A model generated the notes under the pieces. That model did no database searches. It had not been told where the DNA came from and saw only the letters and a list, made by a program, of their open reading frames with translations. DNA of 64,000 nucleotides from the human T2T-CHM13v2.0 reference genome, Homo sapiens. Position numbers and translations under genes: made by a program. Below are positions 29,065 through 43,404 of this stretch, in pieces (within the stretch, counting starts at the first letter, position 1; each line of letters opens with the position of its first letter). The DNA is taken from the NCBI RefSeq assembly GCF_009914755.1, contig NC_060933.1. One strand, 5' to 3'.

Positions 29065-32000
29065 TAATGTAACCCATAATATAAAGTACTATATTAGGAA
29101 AAAAATAAAAATGAAAATCCTTCATGTTATAAGATGCAATTCTGTCTGCCATTTATATGGGAGTCTAGGAATATGAGCCCAAAGAGAGAAGGAATGAGAA
29201 GAAGGGGAAAAAACAGTTTCTTCTCACATTACTGGTAAGGTTATCCCATGCGACAACCTGAAAGAAACAAAATTGGTTTGGTACCCTCTTCCAGAAACTC
29301 ATCTATAATTTTTTTCTCGCTTTCTCACAGTCACCTTGCGGGTCCAAGCAGTTTCATGTTTCCCTAAACTGTTTTATTATGAAACCCTCCTTTCCTGTTG
29401 TCAAGTATAGGATGCTTCATTCATCTTAATCAAAATACATTGTTGTCATCAAAAGGAATTCCTGGTGACCAAAATAATTTGCAATGAGGTATGAATGACC
29501 TCATAATCATTTCAGGCTATTTGCCCTTAAAGTAGCATGGAAATCAGCCCCAAAGAATCTTTTCATTTCATTTGTTCATTTCAGGCAATATGATAAAATT
29601 GAAAAATTTCACAAATGTCAGGAGAACAAGATCTGGTGTCTGGGTTTCAACTCTTAGAGCTTCCCAGCTCGTAGCTATGCTCCTGAAGTAAGTATTCTGA
29701 CTTTTCACATGTTATTCTCTCACTAAAAGCTCTGCATTGCAGAGAAGGTATCCCCAGAACTTCAGCATCCAGAAATCCCTTAGTGAAGCTGTCTCCCTTC
29801 ACTAGGTTCCTCTGTCTGAAAGTGTTGTTAGTACATGGGGTGATTGTAAGCCCAAGACTGTAGCGGAAAATAAAGGGGAGCTCTGAGATCTAAATTTGAG
29901 TCTTGGAAAATGCTAGCCATAACTTTCATAATTGTTTTGGGCAAAACATTTTTTTTTAATTGGTCACAGAGCAAGCTAAGAAATGAGGCATTTTGAACTG
30001 AATTGCTAATTAGATTTTCATGGGTCCTAAAACTGGCTAGATGGGTTTTGAAAGTTTTGGGTTTGGTTTCGAAGATCACAGCAGAACACAAAGCAGCGTT
30101 TCTTAAAGTGTGGTCCATAAATCACTCCTGTCCTCTGGTGGCTTTGGGGCAAATCGTTTATGAATTTCAGAGGAAAAAGGAAACTTAAAACCCTTCATTC
30201 ACAAATATTTAACACATTTAAAACATAAGATAAATGTAATTCTCACTGATGTATGCTCTGGTTTTAATTGTCATTAGCATCCTAAAAGTGGCCCACGTGC
30301 TGCAAGAACTCTGCTGATCAGGTCTCAGCTTCCATTCGGTTAATCAAATGCAGTGTGCTTAGGTCAACTTATTTTCATATTATTAGCATGTTACCATTTG
30401 CATTTGTTACATTTGACTTTTTTACATTGTCACTATTGGAATTTATTATTCAATTTCTAATTTTATAAGAAGAGCAATCACACAAAAGTAGTTTATGAAA
30501 ACATAAAGACAGTTATAAAAGTATTGACAGAAATATACCACCACTATAATCATCTTTAGTGACCAGGATTCAGAATGAATATAGAATGTGATTATGTATG
30601 TGCTTAGACAAGGGAAAAACAGCTAGAAGCATCTGGATATAAAAGTGAAAATAGGAAATCCAAAAATAAACAAAGGAAAATTTTATTTAATAAGGCCAGC
30701 GATCATTTTGAACCTAGTGTGTAGTAAATCGCCTTTTATAAAACTTGATTAAATAGTAGCATGAGGTCTTCAGAGCTTTGCATGCATGTACTATGTACTT
30801 CTCAGGCTTTAAAAATGATTTTTTTCCATAGAAATGATTTTTTCTATAAAAATACTTTAAAAATAATTGCTGGATTTTATTGCCAACAAAAGTGGGAATA
30901 TACAACTTATTATTTCATTTATCTTTTGTATTTTTTTTCTGTTTCAATTTCATTTAGCTCTGCTTTGATCTTTGTTATTTCTTTTTTTCTGCTGGGTTTG
31001 GGTTTTATTTGTTCTTGTTTCTCTACTTCCTTGAGGTGTGAGCTTAGATTGTCTATGTGCGCTCTTTCAGACTTTTTGATGTAGGCATTTAATGCTATGA
31101 ACTTTCCTCTTAGCACCGCCTTTGCTGTAGCCGAGAGGTTTTGATAGATTGTGTCACTATCATTCAGTTCAAAGAATTTTTTAATTTCCATCTTGATGTC
31201 AATGTTGACCCAACAATCATTCAGGAGCAGGTTTAATTTCCATGTATTTGTATGGCATTGAGGGTTCTTTCTGTAGTTGATTTCCAGTTTTATTCCACGG
31301 TGGTCTAAAAGAGTACTTGATATAATTTTGATTTTCTTAAATTTATTGAGACTTGTTTTGTGGCCCATCATATGGTCTATCTGGCCTATCTTGGAGTATG
31401 TTTTATGTGCTGATGAATAGAATGTATATTCTGTAGTTGTTGGGTAAAATGTTCTGTAAGAATCTGTTAAGTCCAATTCTTCTAGGGTATAGTTTAAATC
31501 CATTGTTTCTTTGTTGACTTTCTGTCTTGGTTACCTGTCTAGTGCTGTCAGTGGGGTATTGAAGTCTCCACTATTATTGTGTTGCTGTCTATCTCATTTT
31601 TTAGGTCTAGTAATCATTGTTTTATAAATTTGGGAGCTCCAGTGTTAGGTGCATGTATATTTAGGATTGTGATACATTCCCATTGGACAAATCCTTTTAT
31701 CATTATAGAATATCCCTCTTTGTCATTTTTAACTGCTGTTGCCTTAAAGTTTGTTTTGTCTGATCTAAGAGTAGCTACTCCTGCTTGTTTTTGGTGTCCA
31801 TTTGCATAGAATATCTTTTTCCATCCCTTTACCCTAAGTTTATGTGAGTCCTTATGTGTTAGGTGAGGCAGCAGATACTTGGTTGGTGGATTCTTATCCA
31901 TCCTGCCATTCTGTGTCTTTTTAGTGGAGCATTTGGGCCCTTTATATTCAACATTAGTATTGAGATGTAAGGTACTATTCTATTCATTGTGCTATTTGTT

Positions 32001-33408
32001 GCCTGAATACTTTGGTTTTTTTATTTATTTATTGTGTTTTTGTTTTATAGGTGAGACGTATGCTTTAAGAAGTTTCTATTTTGGTGTTTTTGAGGATTCA
32101 TTTCAAGATTTAGAACTCCTTTTAGCAGTTCTTGTAATGCTGACTGGGTAGTAGCAAATTCTCTCAGCATTTGTTTTTCTGAAAAAGACTATCTTTCCTT
32201 CACTTATGAAGCTTAGTTTCACTGGATACAAAATTCTTGGCTAATAAATGTTTTGTTTAAGGAGGCTGAAGATAGAGCCTCAATCCCTTCTAGCTTGTAC
32301 AGTTTCTGCTGAGAAATCTGCTGTTAATCTGATAGGCTTTCCTTTATAGATTACCTGATGCTTTTGCCTCATAGCTCTTAAGATTCTTTCCTTTGTCTTG
32401 ACTTTAGATAACCTGATGACTATGTGCCTAGGCAATGATTTTTTTTGCAATGAATTTCCCAGGTGTTCGTTGAGCTTCTTGTGTTTGGATGTCCAGATCT
32501 CTAGCAAGGCTGGGGAAGTTTTCCTCGATTATTTCCTCAAATATGTTTTCCAGACTTTTAGATTTCTCTTATTCCTCCAGAACACCAATTATTCTTAGGT
32601 TTGAACACTTAATATAGTCCCAAACTTCTTGGAGGCTTTTTTTAAAATTCTTTTTTCTTTATTTTTGATGGATTGGGTTAATTGAAAAACCTTGTCTTTG
32701 AGCCCTGAGGTTCTTTCTTCTGCTCGTTCGATTCTATTTCTGAGATGTTCCGGTGCATTTTGCATTTCTCTAATGTGTCCTTGATTTCCAGAAGTTGTGA
32801 TTGTTTTTTATTTATGCTATCTGTTTCACTGAAGATTTTTCCCTTCATATATTGCATCTTTTTCTGATTTTATTAAATTGGACTTCACCTTTCTCTGATG
32901 CCTCCTTGATTAGCTTAATAATTGACCGTCTGAATTCTTCGGTAATTCAGAGACTTCTTCTTGGTTTAGATCCATTGCTGGTGAGCTAGTGTGATCTTTT
33001 AGGGGTGTTAAAGAACCTTGACTTGTGATATTACCAGAATCATTTTTCTGGTTCCTTCTAATTTGGGTAGACTATGTCAGAGGGAAGATCTGGGGTTCAA
33101 GGGCTGCTGTTCAGATTCTTTTGTCCCACAGGATGCTCCCTTGATGTAGTGTTCTCCCCCTTCCCATAGGGATGTGGCTTCCTGGGAGCTGAATTATAGT
33201 AACTGTTATTTCTCTTCTGGATCTATCCACCCGGCAGAGTTACTGAGCTCCAGGCTGGTACTGATGGGTGTCTACACAGAGTCCTGTGGTGTGAACAGTC
33301 TTCATGTCTGTCACCCATGGATACCAGCAACTCCTCCAGTGGAGGTGGCAAGGGGGTTAAATGGACTCTGTGAGGGTACTTAGTTTGTAGTTTTGCTTAC
33401 TATACTAG

Positions 33409-33756
<348 letters not shown>

Positions 33757-34471
33757 TAGTATAGGAAGGATCAGGCAGTGGGCAGGGCCCTAGAGCTCCC
33801 AAGAGATTATGTGTTTTGGCTTCTGGCTACCAGGGCAAGCAGAGAAAGATCATCAGATGGGGGCAGGGTTAGGTGTGTCTGAGCTCAGACTCTCCTTGGA
33901 TGAGGCTTGCTATGGCTGCTGTGGGGGATGGAGGCATGGTTCCCAGGCCAATGGAGTAATGTTCCCAGGGGGATTATGGCCGCCTCTGCTATGTCATGAA
34001 GGTTGCCAGGGAAGTGGGGGAAAACCAGCAGTTACAGGCCTCACCCAGGTCCCATGCAGCCCAAAAGGCGAGTCCCACTCCCACTGTGCACCCGCCAACA
34101 GCACTGAGTTCATTTCCAGGCAGCGGTGAACAGGAATGAGAACTTGCCTCAGACTACCAGCCTCCTGGCTGATAAAGCAAGCAGAACTTTCAGGTTTCAC
34201 ACCTCCCCACCTCCCCCAGCTTCTGTGCCATGTCAGCACACCCAATTCACCCTCCCCCCTACAAGTTCTGTCCAGGAATCTTTGCGTTCGGTTGAAACTG
34301 TTACAAAGTTCATTTGAGGTTTCCTTCCCTCTGCGGTCTTTTCCCAGTTCCTCTGGCAGCCCTCCTCAAGGACCTCTGTGAGACAAAGTCAGAAATGACT
34401 TCACTGGAGACCAAGAGAGCCCACAGAGCTCTTCCTGCTGCTTCTTCTACCCTTGTACTCACTCGGCTCTC

Positions 34472-34576
34472 TAAATTTGTCTCAGCTCCAGGTAAGGTTG
34501 GATCTTTAAATTTGTCTCAGCTCCAGGTAAGATCGGATCTTTAAATTTGTCTCAGCTCCAGGTAAGTTTGGATCTT
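34472..34576. repeat. 3 x 35-bp tandem repeat inside the L1 5'UTR
   Basis: Unit taaatttgtctcagctccaggtaagNtNggatctt starting at 34472, 34507 and 34542. Confidence 0.97.
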
Positions 34577-34959
34577 TCTCCCGTGATTTGGACCTTCAGG
34601 TTCCCCACTGAGGGTGTGTGTTTGGGGATGGATCATCCCTCTTTCACACTTTCACACTTTGGACACTCTCAGTTTTTCAAGTTTCTTGGAGCCTGTGGGA
34701 GCAATGCACTTCCTTCAAAGGGTCTCTTGGCTTTCCTGGTATATTCCTGTGGTAGTTCTTGGAGCAAAAGTTCATAATATGAGTCTCCACACAAGAGTCT
34801 GCTTACTAATCTTGATTTGGTGTTGAAGGAAATACAGTACAGAAATTTGTAGATAAAATCAGATGGCAGTATGTGTCTTTTTAGCCTACTCCCCTGAAAA
34901 TGAGATTCTTCTTTTCCAAAGTGAAGTATGCTGTTTTCCAAAAGGAAACTTTTATAACT

Positions 34960-35823
34960 TTTTAAATGGTGAAATACAACACATGAAGAGAAAGATGCAT
35001 AGGAAATAAATGCACAATGTAATGAATAATCAGAAAGTAAATATCCTTTTAACTACTACCTAAATAAGGGAATAGACTGTTGTCTACACTGTAGAAGCAA
35101 CCCCTTGCCCCAGGGTATCCCTTTTCAATCACATTCTCTTTATCCCTCTTAGATTAAGACATTGTCTTGATATGCACATTACTTTCATTCTTGAGATTCT
35201 TTGTACTTTTATTGCTTTTATATGTGGCCCTAAATAAAATGTCAAATATTAACTGGTTTTAAACTTTATATAAATTCATAATTTAAAAAAGTCTCTCAAT
35301 AAATAATATGTTTGTAAGATTAAATTAGGTTTATTGTACCTAGCTCTAGTGAGTTCACTTTTCCTGTAGTATAAAATTCTACCATATTAATAACCACAAT
35401 TTATTTATCCATCCTAACATTCTGATAGCTTCATGAATGTTAGAATTATTTTCAGCTATTGCAAAAATTGCTACCATGAACCTTCTTTTACATGTTTCTA
35501 GGTATGTGAATACATTTTTCTAGGTATATACGCAGAAATGGAATTGTTATTGTTTGGTCATAGAATATTGTATGGGAAATGACACTTTTCTAAAGTGGTT
35601 TAAAGATAAGTGTTGGTGAGAATGTTGAGAAGGGGCACCTCATACACTATTGTTTGGAATGTAAATTAATACAGTAATCACAAGCCAATTTTCATTCATA
35701 CCAATCCTGCATAACAGCTTCTTGCTTCATATCTTCACCAATACTTGGTATTGTCAGACTTTTAAATTTATTCAGTCGCATGGATTTGTAGAAGGACATC
35801 ACTGTAGTTTTAATTTGCATTTC
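34960..35823 (-). mobile_element. Ancient L1ME-like 3' fragment
   Basis: ccacaatttatttatccat, agaaatggaattg, caccaatacttggtattgtcagactttt, gttttaatttgcatttc. Confidence 0.7.
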
Positions 35824-36777
35824 AAGATGGAAATTGTGTACATGAATACTTGAAATAATAAAATTAAAAATGTCTTCATAATATTGATAATTCCAGTAAA
35901 GACCTTTTCTATTACTTGAAATGGTTCATTCAAGTCATATAACTAGCAGTATATTTGCTTAACTCATCAGACAAATCAATCAATATTTTCTTGACTTGAT
36001 TTCAAGATTACATTCACATAATCAATGAAACATAAACAAATATTTTCTATTTGTTTGTATAAATAAGGGTAGTGGTAATACTTCATTTACTGCATCTTCC
36101 AATTTGAAACTTTGAAACCTTTGTTACTTGTTTACAGTTTTTTCACTGACATCATTGGTGAAAGAGAGCTGAATGTTATATTCAGTGTATTCTGTCCACA
36201 AGCTTTGGTTTAAAGTACAATAGAAATATCTCTCATTCTCCCACAAAGTCTCCTAACACGTGCTAGCATTCTCACTGTTGAATAGTATTGCAAAGGCAGA
36301 ATGTAGCATAGATGATGTAAATACTAAGCAAAGAAAAGACACAGAGCTTGTGGTTTGAGCTAAAAGAGTGATTTTTATCTCTGTGGAGGATGCCAAACAA
36401 AACCATCCCAATCCTTGGTAAGAAATGGTAATATTAATGAAAAGTATATTTTCTATCATGTTTTATACTTGCTATTTAGATTATGATATTTTTTCACAAA
36501 AATTAGTAATCACAGTTCCTCCAAAAGACCATTAAGTGGTCTATCAGAGACAGAATTTTGGTAAACACTAGTAAGGTAGAAAGTGCCGATGATGAAGAGC
36601 TGATGACAAGGATTTTAAGACTGACTTGGCCCTGCAGCTTACTGACCATCTGGGAGAATCATTAATGCTTCTGAGTTTCTATTTCTTCATCTGGAAAACA
36701 GTCCTTGTTACAGCTGCCCTGATTTTCTCATGGTTTGTCTAGATAAGATAATATGAAAACATATTTAAAGACCAGTC

Positions 36778-39585
36778 TGCTTCCAGCTGTGATGGAGTAA
36801 TTTGTATCAGACCCACTGTTCTATAAGAGAATTTTGAAAGTTGGCTACGGCACAAAACCATCTACAAAAACAATCAAAATAAAACCCAAACAAACACCAA
36901 AACCAATGCTGTTTTTGAAGGCACTGGAGACCAACCTAAACAGCCAGAACATGAGGGACCAAGATTTAGAGAAAAGGGAACCATAGAAAAGTGTAGGAAA
37001 TTTCCCCTCAAGACATTTTGAGACCCACTAATCAGTAATTAAGCAGAGCAAGATTCTAAGAAAATAAGTATAAAGCAACTATTAAAAAGCTAAGCAGAGA
37101 TTATCACAGCTTTGGGATTTGCTAAAGGCCTTAATAAACACTCTTGGGTTTTAGTGGCAAACCCTGAAAGCTTACTCCCTAGGAGTGCTAGAAAACCAGA
37201 AATAGACCAGTCTTTACTGGATCAAGGAGAAATACTTGTATTCTAATGTCTGACAAATAAAAATGAAATTCCCTCTAGGGTAGATAACATTACCTAGGAC
37301 CACTAGGATTTTCATACATGTTATTTGTCATTCATTCAAAGACTTCCAGGATGCCAGGAAAAATAACCAAATCTACAGAAATCGGGAGAAAATAGAAACA
37401 GATCCATAAGTCATGCAGCCGTTGGGACTAAGTGATATGAACATTAAAATAATTATGATTAATGTGTGCAAGGAAAATAGGGAAGGTGGATAATTGCACA
37501 GCAAATTAAGAAACTATAAAAATAACAAAATAGGAATCTTTATAATTAATGTAATTTAACAGCAGATTAGACTCATAAGAAAAGGATTCATATATAAGAA
37601 GATAGGTTAGTAGAAAATATTTAGATTGAAGGAGAGAAAGAAAGAGACAGAAAAAAAGAGAGACAAGAAAGAGAAAGAGAGATGCTTTAAAACCATAGGA
37701 GATATAAGGTACACAGTAAAAAGATTAAACTTATGTGTTATTGGAGTCCAGAAAAAGAAGCGAGATAGAAAGGGAGAGAAGATTCTCTGAAGAGATCATA
37801 GCCTAGAATTATCTAAAATTGCTGGAAGTCTACTGATTCAAGCATATCTATGAATCAAAAGCAGGGCAAATCAAAGAACATCACACCTAGATACATCATA
37901 GTAAAACTGTTGAAAGCTCAAAACAAAGAGCAAATCCTAAAAGCATCTATAGGAAAAAAGATACATTACTTTTAAAGGAGAAACATTAAAGTTATGGTTG
38001 ACTTTTCAATAGTGTGATTTCTTTCTTATATGTTTGCAAAAATTGACCAGAGGATTTATCTAGGCATGAAACACTCTTTGCAAGAAAATTTTAGACTCAT
38101 ATTCAATTCATCAACAATATAAGGAAAATTGGATTATTTCATCAATTTTGATAGTTAACTTTTAAAAAGGAATTTGTCCATTTCTTCTAAATTTTAAAAT
38201 TATTGGTATAATATTTAAAATTATATATTCCTATTATCTTTTAAATTATACTTTGTAGGAATATTCTCTTTTATCAGCATGTTATAGTAATTTGTGACTT
38301 TTTTCTATTTTGTGCCTGTCAATCTTTATAGAGGTTTATCAATTTTTTTATTTTTGAAGAATAAACTTTGGCCTTCTTTATTTTTCTACTTCATTTTGTT
38401 TTCTATTTCATAGATTACATCTCTTAAATATTTTATTTCTTCTATGACTTTAAATTGCTGTTTATTTACTAGTTCCTTTATGTGGTCATTTAATCTTTGA
38501 TTTTCAGGCTTTATCCTTTTGTAATACAAGCATACATGCATTTTGACCTATAAATTTCCCTCTGTGAACTGCTGTGGTTCATTTTATAAGGCCAGCATGA
38601 CCTTAACACCAGAGAACATTATTAAAATTTCTTGGTGGTAATGGCCAAATCTCTCATCAAAAAAGATGCAAAATTTTAAAATAAAAAATTAGTAAATTCT
38701 ACCCAGGATTACAAAAAAAGAGCAATATATTGTGTCTAGGTAGGCTTTATTCCAGTTATACAAAATTGGCGTAATAATAGAAGAAGAAATAAATGTTATT
38801 TGTTATACTAAAAAAGGGTGGAAAAGTCTAATGTGACCATCACAACAGATTTTTAAAAAGCAGTTACTTAGGATAACAATCCTTCAGAATAAAATACCTG
38901 GTATTCTTAATGTGCCAGAGTACCTACCAGAAATTGATACCAAAATAATATTTAATGGCAATAATATTAAAATAAATAACTAAAAGCTTTCTTTCTGTAA
39001 CTGAGAATGACATAAGAATGTCTTGCTTTTAACTCTTCTATTTAATATTATACTGAATGTTCTATCCACTGCAATAAGATAAGAAAAATGAACAAAAAGA
39101 AACAAGCATCAGTAATGTAGAAGAAAACTACAGTTGCCATTATTTGTAGATAAAATTAATGTGCCCATAGAAAATTACCAAAAGAATCAAACCTAATGAA
39201 AAAAACAAGAGTACTCCAACATGCAACCTGAATGAATATCACATAATGTTGAATGATAGAGCAGAGATAAATGTGTACATAATATTTGATTCTACTTATG
39301 TGAAGTTCTGAAACAGGCAAAACATATATATATATATATACACACACACATATATAGAAATCAAAAGAGTGGTTACATTTGGTGAGGAAGTAATTATTGG
39401 AAGGGTACGTGAGAAAGGGTGTGGTGAGGAAGTAATTATTGGAAGGGTACGTGAGAAAGGGTGTTTGATCTGGAAAGTGGTCAATAGGTATGCACATAAG
39501 TAAAACTTATTGAACTGTACATAAAAGACTTGCATACTTTATAGTATGTATGCTACACCTCACTACTAAAGTAAACAAAGAAAGA
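36778..39585 (+). mobile_element. Ancient, rearranged L1ME-like element (5' region, ORF1 remnant, ORF2 pieces, 3' end); ~38020-38578 is in the opposite orientation
   Basis: ORF1-like cacacctagatacatcatagtaaaactg and aaatcctaaaagca; antisense aggaatttgtccatttc; sense ttataaggccagcatgacctt; 3'-end gtaaaacttattgaactgtac. Confidence 0.65.
39380..39464. repeat. Perfect 42-bp tandem duplication
   Basis: tggtgaggaagtaattattggaagggtacgtgagaaagggtg at 39380 and 39422. Confidence 0.97.
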
Positions 39586-39959
39586 AACCTTATAACCAAA
39601 GAGAAAATTTATGAATTCCTATTATGCCTCCTCTGTCTTATCTCAGCTAATTATAGGGCCATTTTATATAAGGCTCTATATATGTTTTATCTTTTATTTA
39701 TAATCTTATTAATATAAGACATAATTTATTAGTTATATGACTTATATTTTTTGTAAGGGTCCTATAAAATGAAAATGAGTATTTCCAATCCAGATCAAAG
39801 ATCATGGTGTGGCAAAGGGGAAATACTCAATGTTTTCTTAAGGGAGAGAACAGTGACATCTCTGTGAATGGAGCTATTTACAGAGGAGGATGTCTCTTAC
39901 ACTCTCTTGCAAGATCCTTAATGGTGCACACCCAAGTGTTAGCCTGGAATGTAGTAATA

Positions 39960-40190
39960 ATCTGAGCTAATTTTTATTGGAGATTTACTCTGTGCAAGGT
40001 TTTTTTACGTGAATGATCTCAATTACTTGTCATAACAACCTGTGAAGTAGCTAACATTTTGTCCTCATTTTAAAGTCAATAAAACAGAAGCTCATAACAT
40101 GCCAAGTCACTCAGTTTGTAAGAGGTGGAGTTTAGATGCAAGTCCAAGTCAGTGCAAATCTCAAGACTATGCTCATAACCATTGTATTAT
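39960..40190 (-). mobile_element. MIR
   Basis: cataacaacctgtgaagtag...cctcattttaaag...aacagaagctc. Confidence 0.6.
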
Positions 40191-41204
40191 ACTTCCAAGA
40201 AAACAGTTGGGTATATGAGTCAGAAACCTCTATATCTCCATTATAGAATTGAAAACAATCCGTTTATTAAGTTTAAACTCTGGAATTCCTCCTCATTAGG
40301 GAATAAGACCCAAAAGGAAGGGATAATATTTTATTCATCTATGGGCACCCATTGTTTAGCACAGGACATGTCACATAACAGATATTAGGCTTAATAAACA
40401 TTTGTTCAGTGAGGTAGCTCGAATATCCATGGTTGTGGTGTTACTGTAGAATCCATCCATTCCTGCACACTTGTTTGTAACTGAAATATAAATTATCTCC
40501 CTTAGCAAGCTTCACAAGGTAATAAGCATATTCATCAAATAATTCCAATCCAAACTGTGGGACTCACTGGTATTTACTGCATCTGAAATTCACAATTGGT
40601 GCACAGAAAGCAAAAAGAAGCATCCTAGTGATTGCTTGAGAATTCAATTTACATATTTTTATACACTCAATGGAGTAAAAGCAAACTTTAGGGCTTCTGA
40701 ACAAAATTATTCCATTTTGTTACCACATTTTCCATTTTCTCAATAAAGTGATAGCTACTTATTGATAGTTTTTGTGTTTTCCAGACACTCTCTTTGTGTT
40801 CTGGAGATAAGCTGTCAATATAACCCCAAAGAATCTTTTGGAAGGGCAAGAATTCCCAAGGATACTACCTAGAGCTCCGCCAGCAGACACATGCCTTAAA
40901 AATTTTTCTTTTCTACCAACTCTTTGTCCATGGAGATAAACCAATTTTCCTCTTTTTTTGTAATGCACAGGATCTACAGGGATGCCTGGGTAAGGAATTT
41001 AGCATATCATCCTAGGAATACCTTGGTCTTTGGTTTGGCAGTACATCATCACTGGAGGTGGTAACAGTTGTGCAACAGTTTATGGGTGTGGTGTGGGGTC
41101 TAGCGGCTGCTTTTATTTTTTCCCTTCTAGAAGTTTATTTCCTTTGAGTCGCTTTTTAATTATGATGGATTTGTTTTATGTTGTATATATTCATTTCAAA
41201 GATC

Positions 41205-41461
41205 TTAGGCAGTCTTTTTTTCAAGATTCATGGAAACAAAGATTCATGATTCTGATGAAAAAGAGTGTTCAACATCTGTCAGGGCCTATGTTCCTACACA
41301 TTTTTGATGGTACATATTTGGCATTATAAAAAGTTATGTAATATCCATGAGGACATGAATAAATCTCTGAATTATCAATGCTCAATCTCAGTGTCTGCCC
41401 CATTCATAAGTAAAGTTAAAATGTTCAGGAAGATCCAGATCACCTTCTGCCCCAATCTGTG
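41205..41461 (+). repeat. Copy 1 of an unassigned ~260-bp duplicated element
   Basis: Aligns to 42186-42217 joined to 48585-48808; ~84% identity over the main 225-bp block. Confidence 0.9.
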
Positions 41462-41465
41462 ATTG

Positions 41466-41766
41466 ATTGATTTATGGTAAGAACACATAACATGAGATCT
41501 AACCTCAGCAAATTTTTTAGGGCACAATACGGTATGGTTTACTAAGGCCACAATATACAGCAGATCTCTAGAACTTACTCATCTTGCACAACTAAAACTT
41601 TACCCATTGAACAGCAACTCCCTGTTTCTCCTTCCCCCTTATTCCCTGGCAACCAGCATTCCACTCTCTGTTTCTATGAGTTTGACTATTTTACCAACCT
41701 CATATATATACATGGAATCATACAGTATTTGTCCTTCTGTGACTGGCTTATTTCATTTAGCATAAT
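41466..41766 (-). mobile_element. L1MA-like (old) 3'-end fragment
   Basis: taagaacacataacatgagatct...cagcagatctctagaacttactcatcttgc...ctggcttatttcatttagcataat. Confidence 0.85.
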
Positions 41767-43404
41767 TAAACTTATGTTACTTCTTTAACATGAGGCTGTT
41801 GCAAAAAGGGGAAAATGTAAATTGAAGAAACAGTGGTTTCCTAATATTAACAAACATAGAGTATAATGTCAGGTGTTATTCAAGACCTTTCTCATCTCAA
41901 CAGCCAATGGGACTGTCAAGATAGACCATGTCTTGTTTGCCTCTTGAGTTTAGGAGTTACTGTAGAAAAGTCATTAAAAAATAATAGTTGCTTGTAAGCA
42001 GGACACTGAATTTTTTGATTTCTGAAATTCTATATAAAAATTCAGAATATTTTTACCTAAATAGATCTGCTTATTAGTAAAAATTTACAAGAAAAACAGA
42101 TTCAGAATCTCTATCTCTCTTTCATGACAAGTGTATGTTTAATGTGAGAAAGGGGCTAGGTAACAAACACCCTTCATGTTGTGAGTTAGGCCAAGATTTT
42201 CTCAAGATTCTTGGAAGTGAGTTGTAGGGCAGTTCTGGAAAGATGGCGGATAGGGACAGGGCTGACATGCAGCTCCCACTTGGACAGGACAGAACATCAT
42301 GTGGAGACTCACACCATGAAATTTTGTTCCAGGAAGCACCACAGGAGCAGACCAGGGAAACCAAAATAATTCACAGATCCTTTGAAAGAAGCCTCAAGCC
42401 ACTACAAATTCCACGAGACATGCAAAAACTCTGGTGCTCTCTTGAAAGCACCACCTGCTGGCCAACCACCAACTCAGGACGTTACAGCAACTCATGACAG
42501 AACAACCCTGCTCCAAGGAAGGAGAAAAACAACAGATAATTCCACTGTCTGCAACATCCTGGCTAACCAGTGGTCCTGAATCTGTCCACATGACAACTTT
42601 ACTGCTAGCAGAATCAGCATCCAAGAAAGCCAACACACTAAACATATGTACAACCAAGGACTCTCACAGAGTCTACTTCACTCTCCTGCCACCTCCACCA
42701 GAGCAGGTGCTGGTATCCATGGCTGGGAGAACTGAAGATGGATCACAGCACAGAACTCTTTGCAGACATTCCTCAACACCAGCCCAGAGCCTGGTAGCCC
42801 TGCTGAGTGGCTAGACCCAGAAGAGCAACAACAATCACTGTAGTCAGGCTTGCAGGAAGCCCCATCTGTAGGGGAAGTGGGAGTACACTGCATCAAGAGA
42901 CCAGCCCATGGGACAAAAGAGTCTGAAGAGCAGCCCTTGAGTTCCAGATTTTTCCACTGAAATAGTCTACACAAATGAGAAGGAATCAGAAAAGTAACAT
43001 TGGTAATATGACAAAACAAATTTCTATAACACCACCAAAAGACCACACTAGCTCTGTGACAATGGATCCGAACCAAGAAGAAATCTCTGGATTGCCAGAT
43101 AAAAAATTCAGAATGTTGATTATTAAGCTATTCAAAGTGATACAGGGAAAGGTGAAAAGGAACTTAAAGAAATTTAAAAAACAACACAGGGTATGGATGG
43201 AAAATGCTGCAGAGAAATAGATATCAAAAAGAAAAAGCAATCACAATTTCCGAAAATGAAAGACACACTTAAAGAAATAGAAAATGCACTGGAAAGTTTC
43301 AACAATAGAATCAAACAAGTAGAAGAAAGAACTTCAGAGCTTGGAGACGAGGCTTTTGAATTAACCCAATCAGATAAAGACAAACAAAAATAATTTTTAA
43401 AAAA

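Noticed and set aside
30919-31503. Longest ORF (194 aa), plus 44380-44703 and 46244-46669, as functional endonuclease/RT genes
   Set aside because: They are fragments of decayed L1 ORF2 bounded by stops and frameshifts; the RT FADD motif reads FAND.
34472-34576. 35-bp direct repeats as a CRISPR array
   Set aside because: The units are head-to-tail with no unique spacers, there are no cas genes, and the context is a primate L1.
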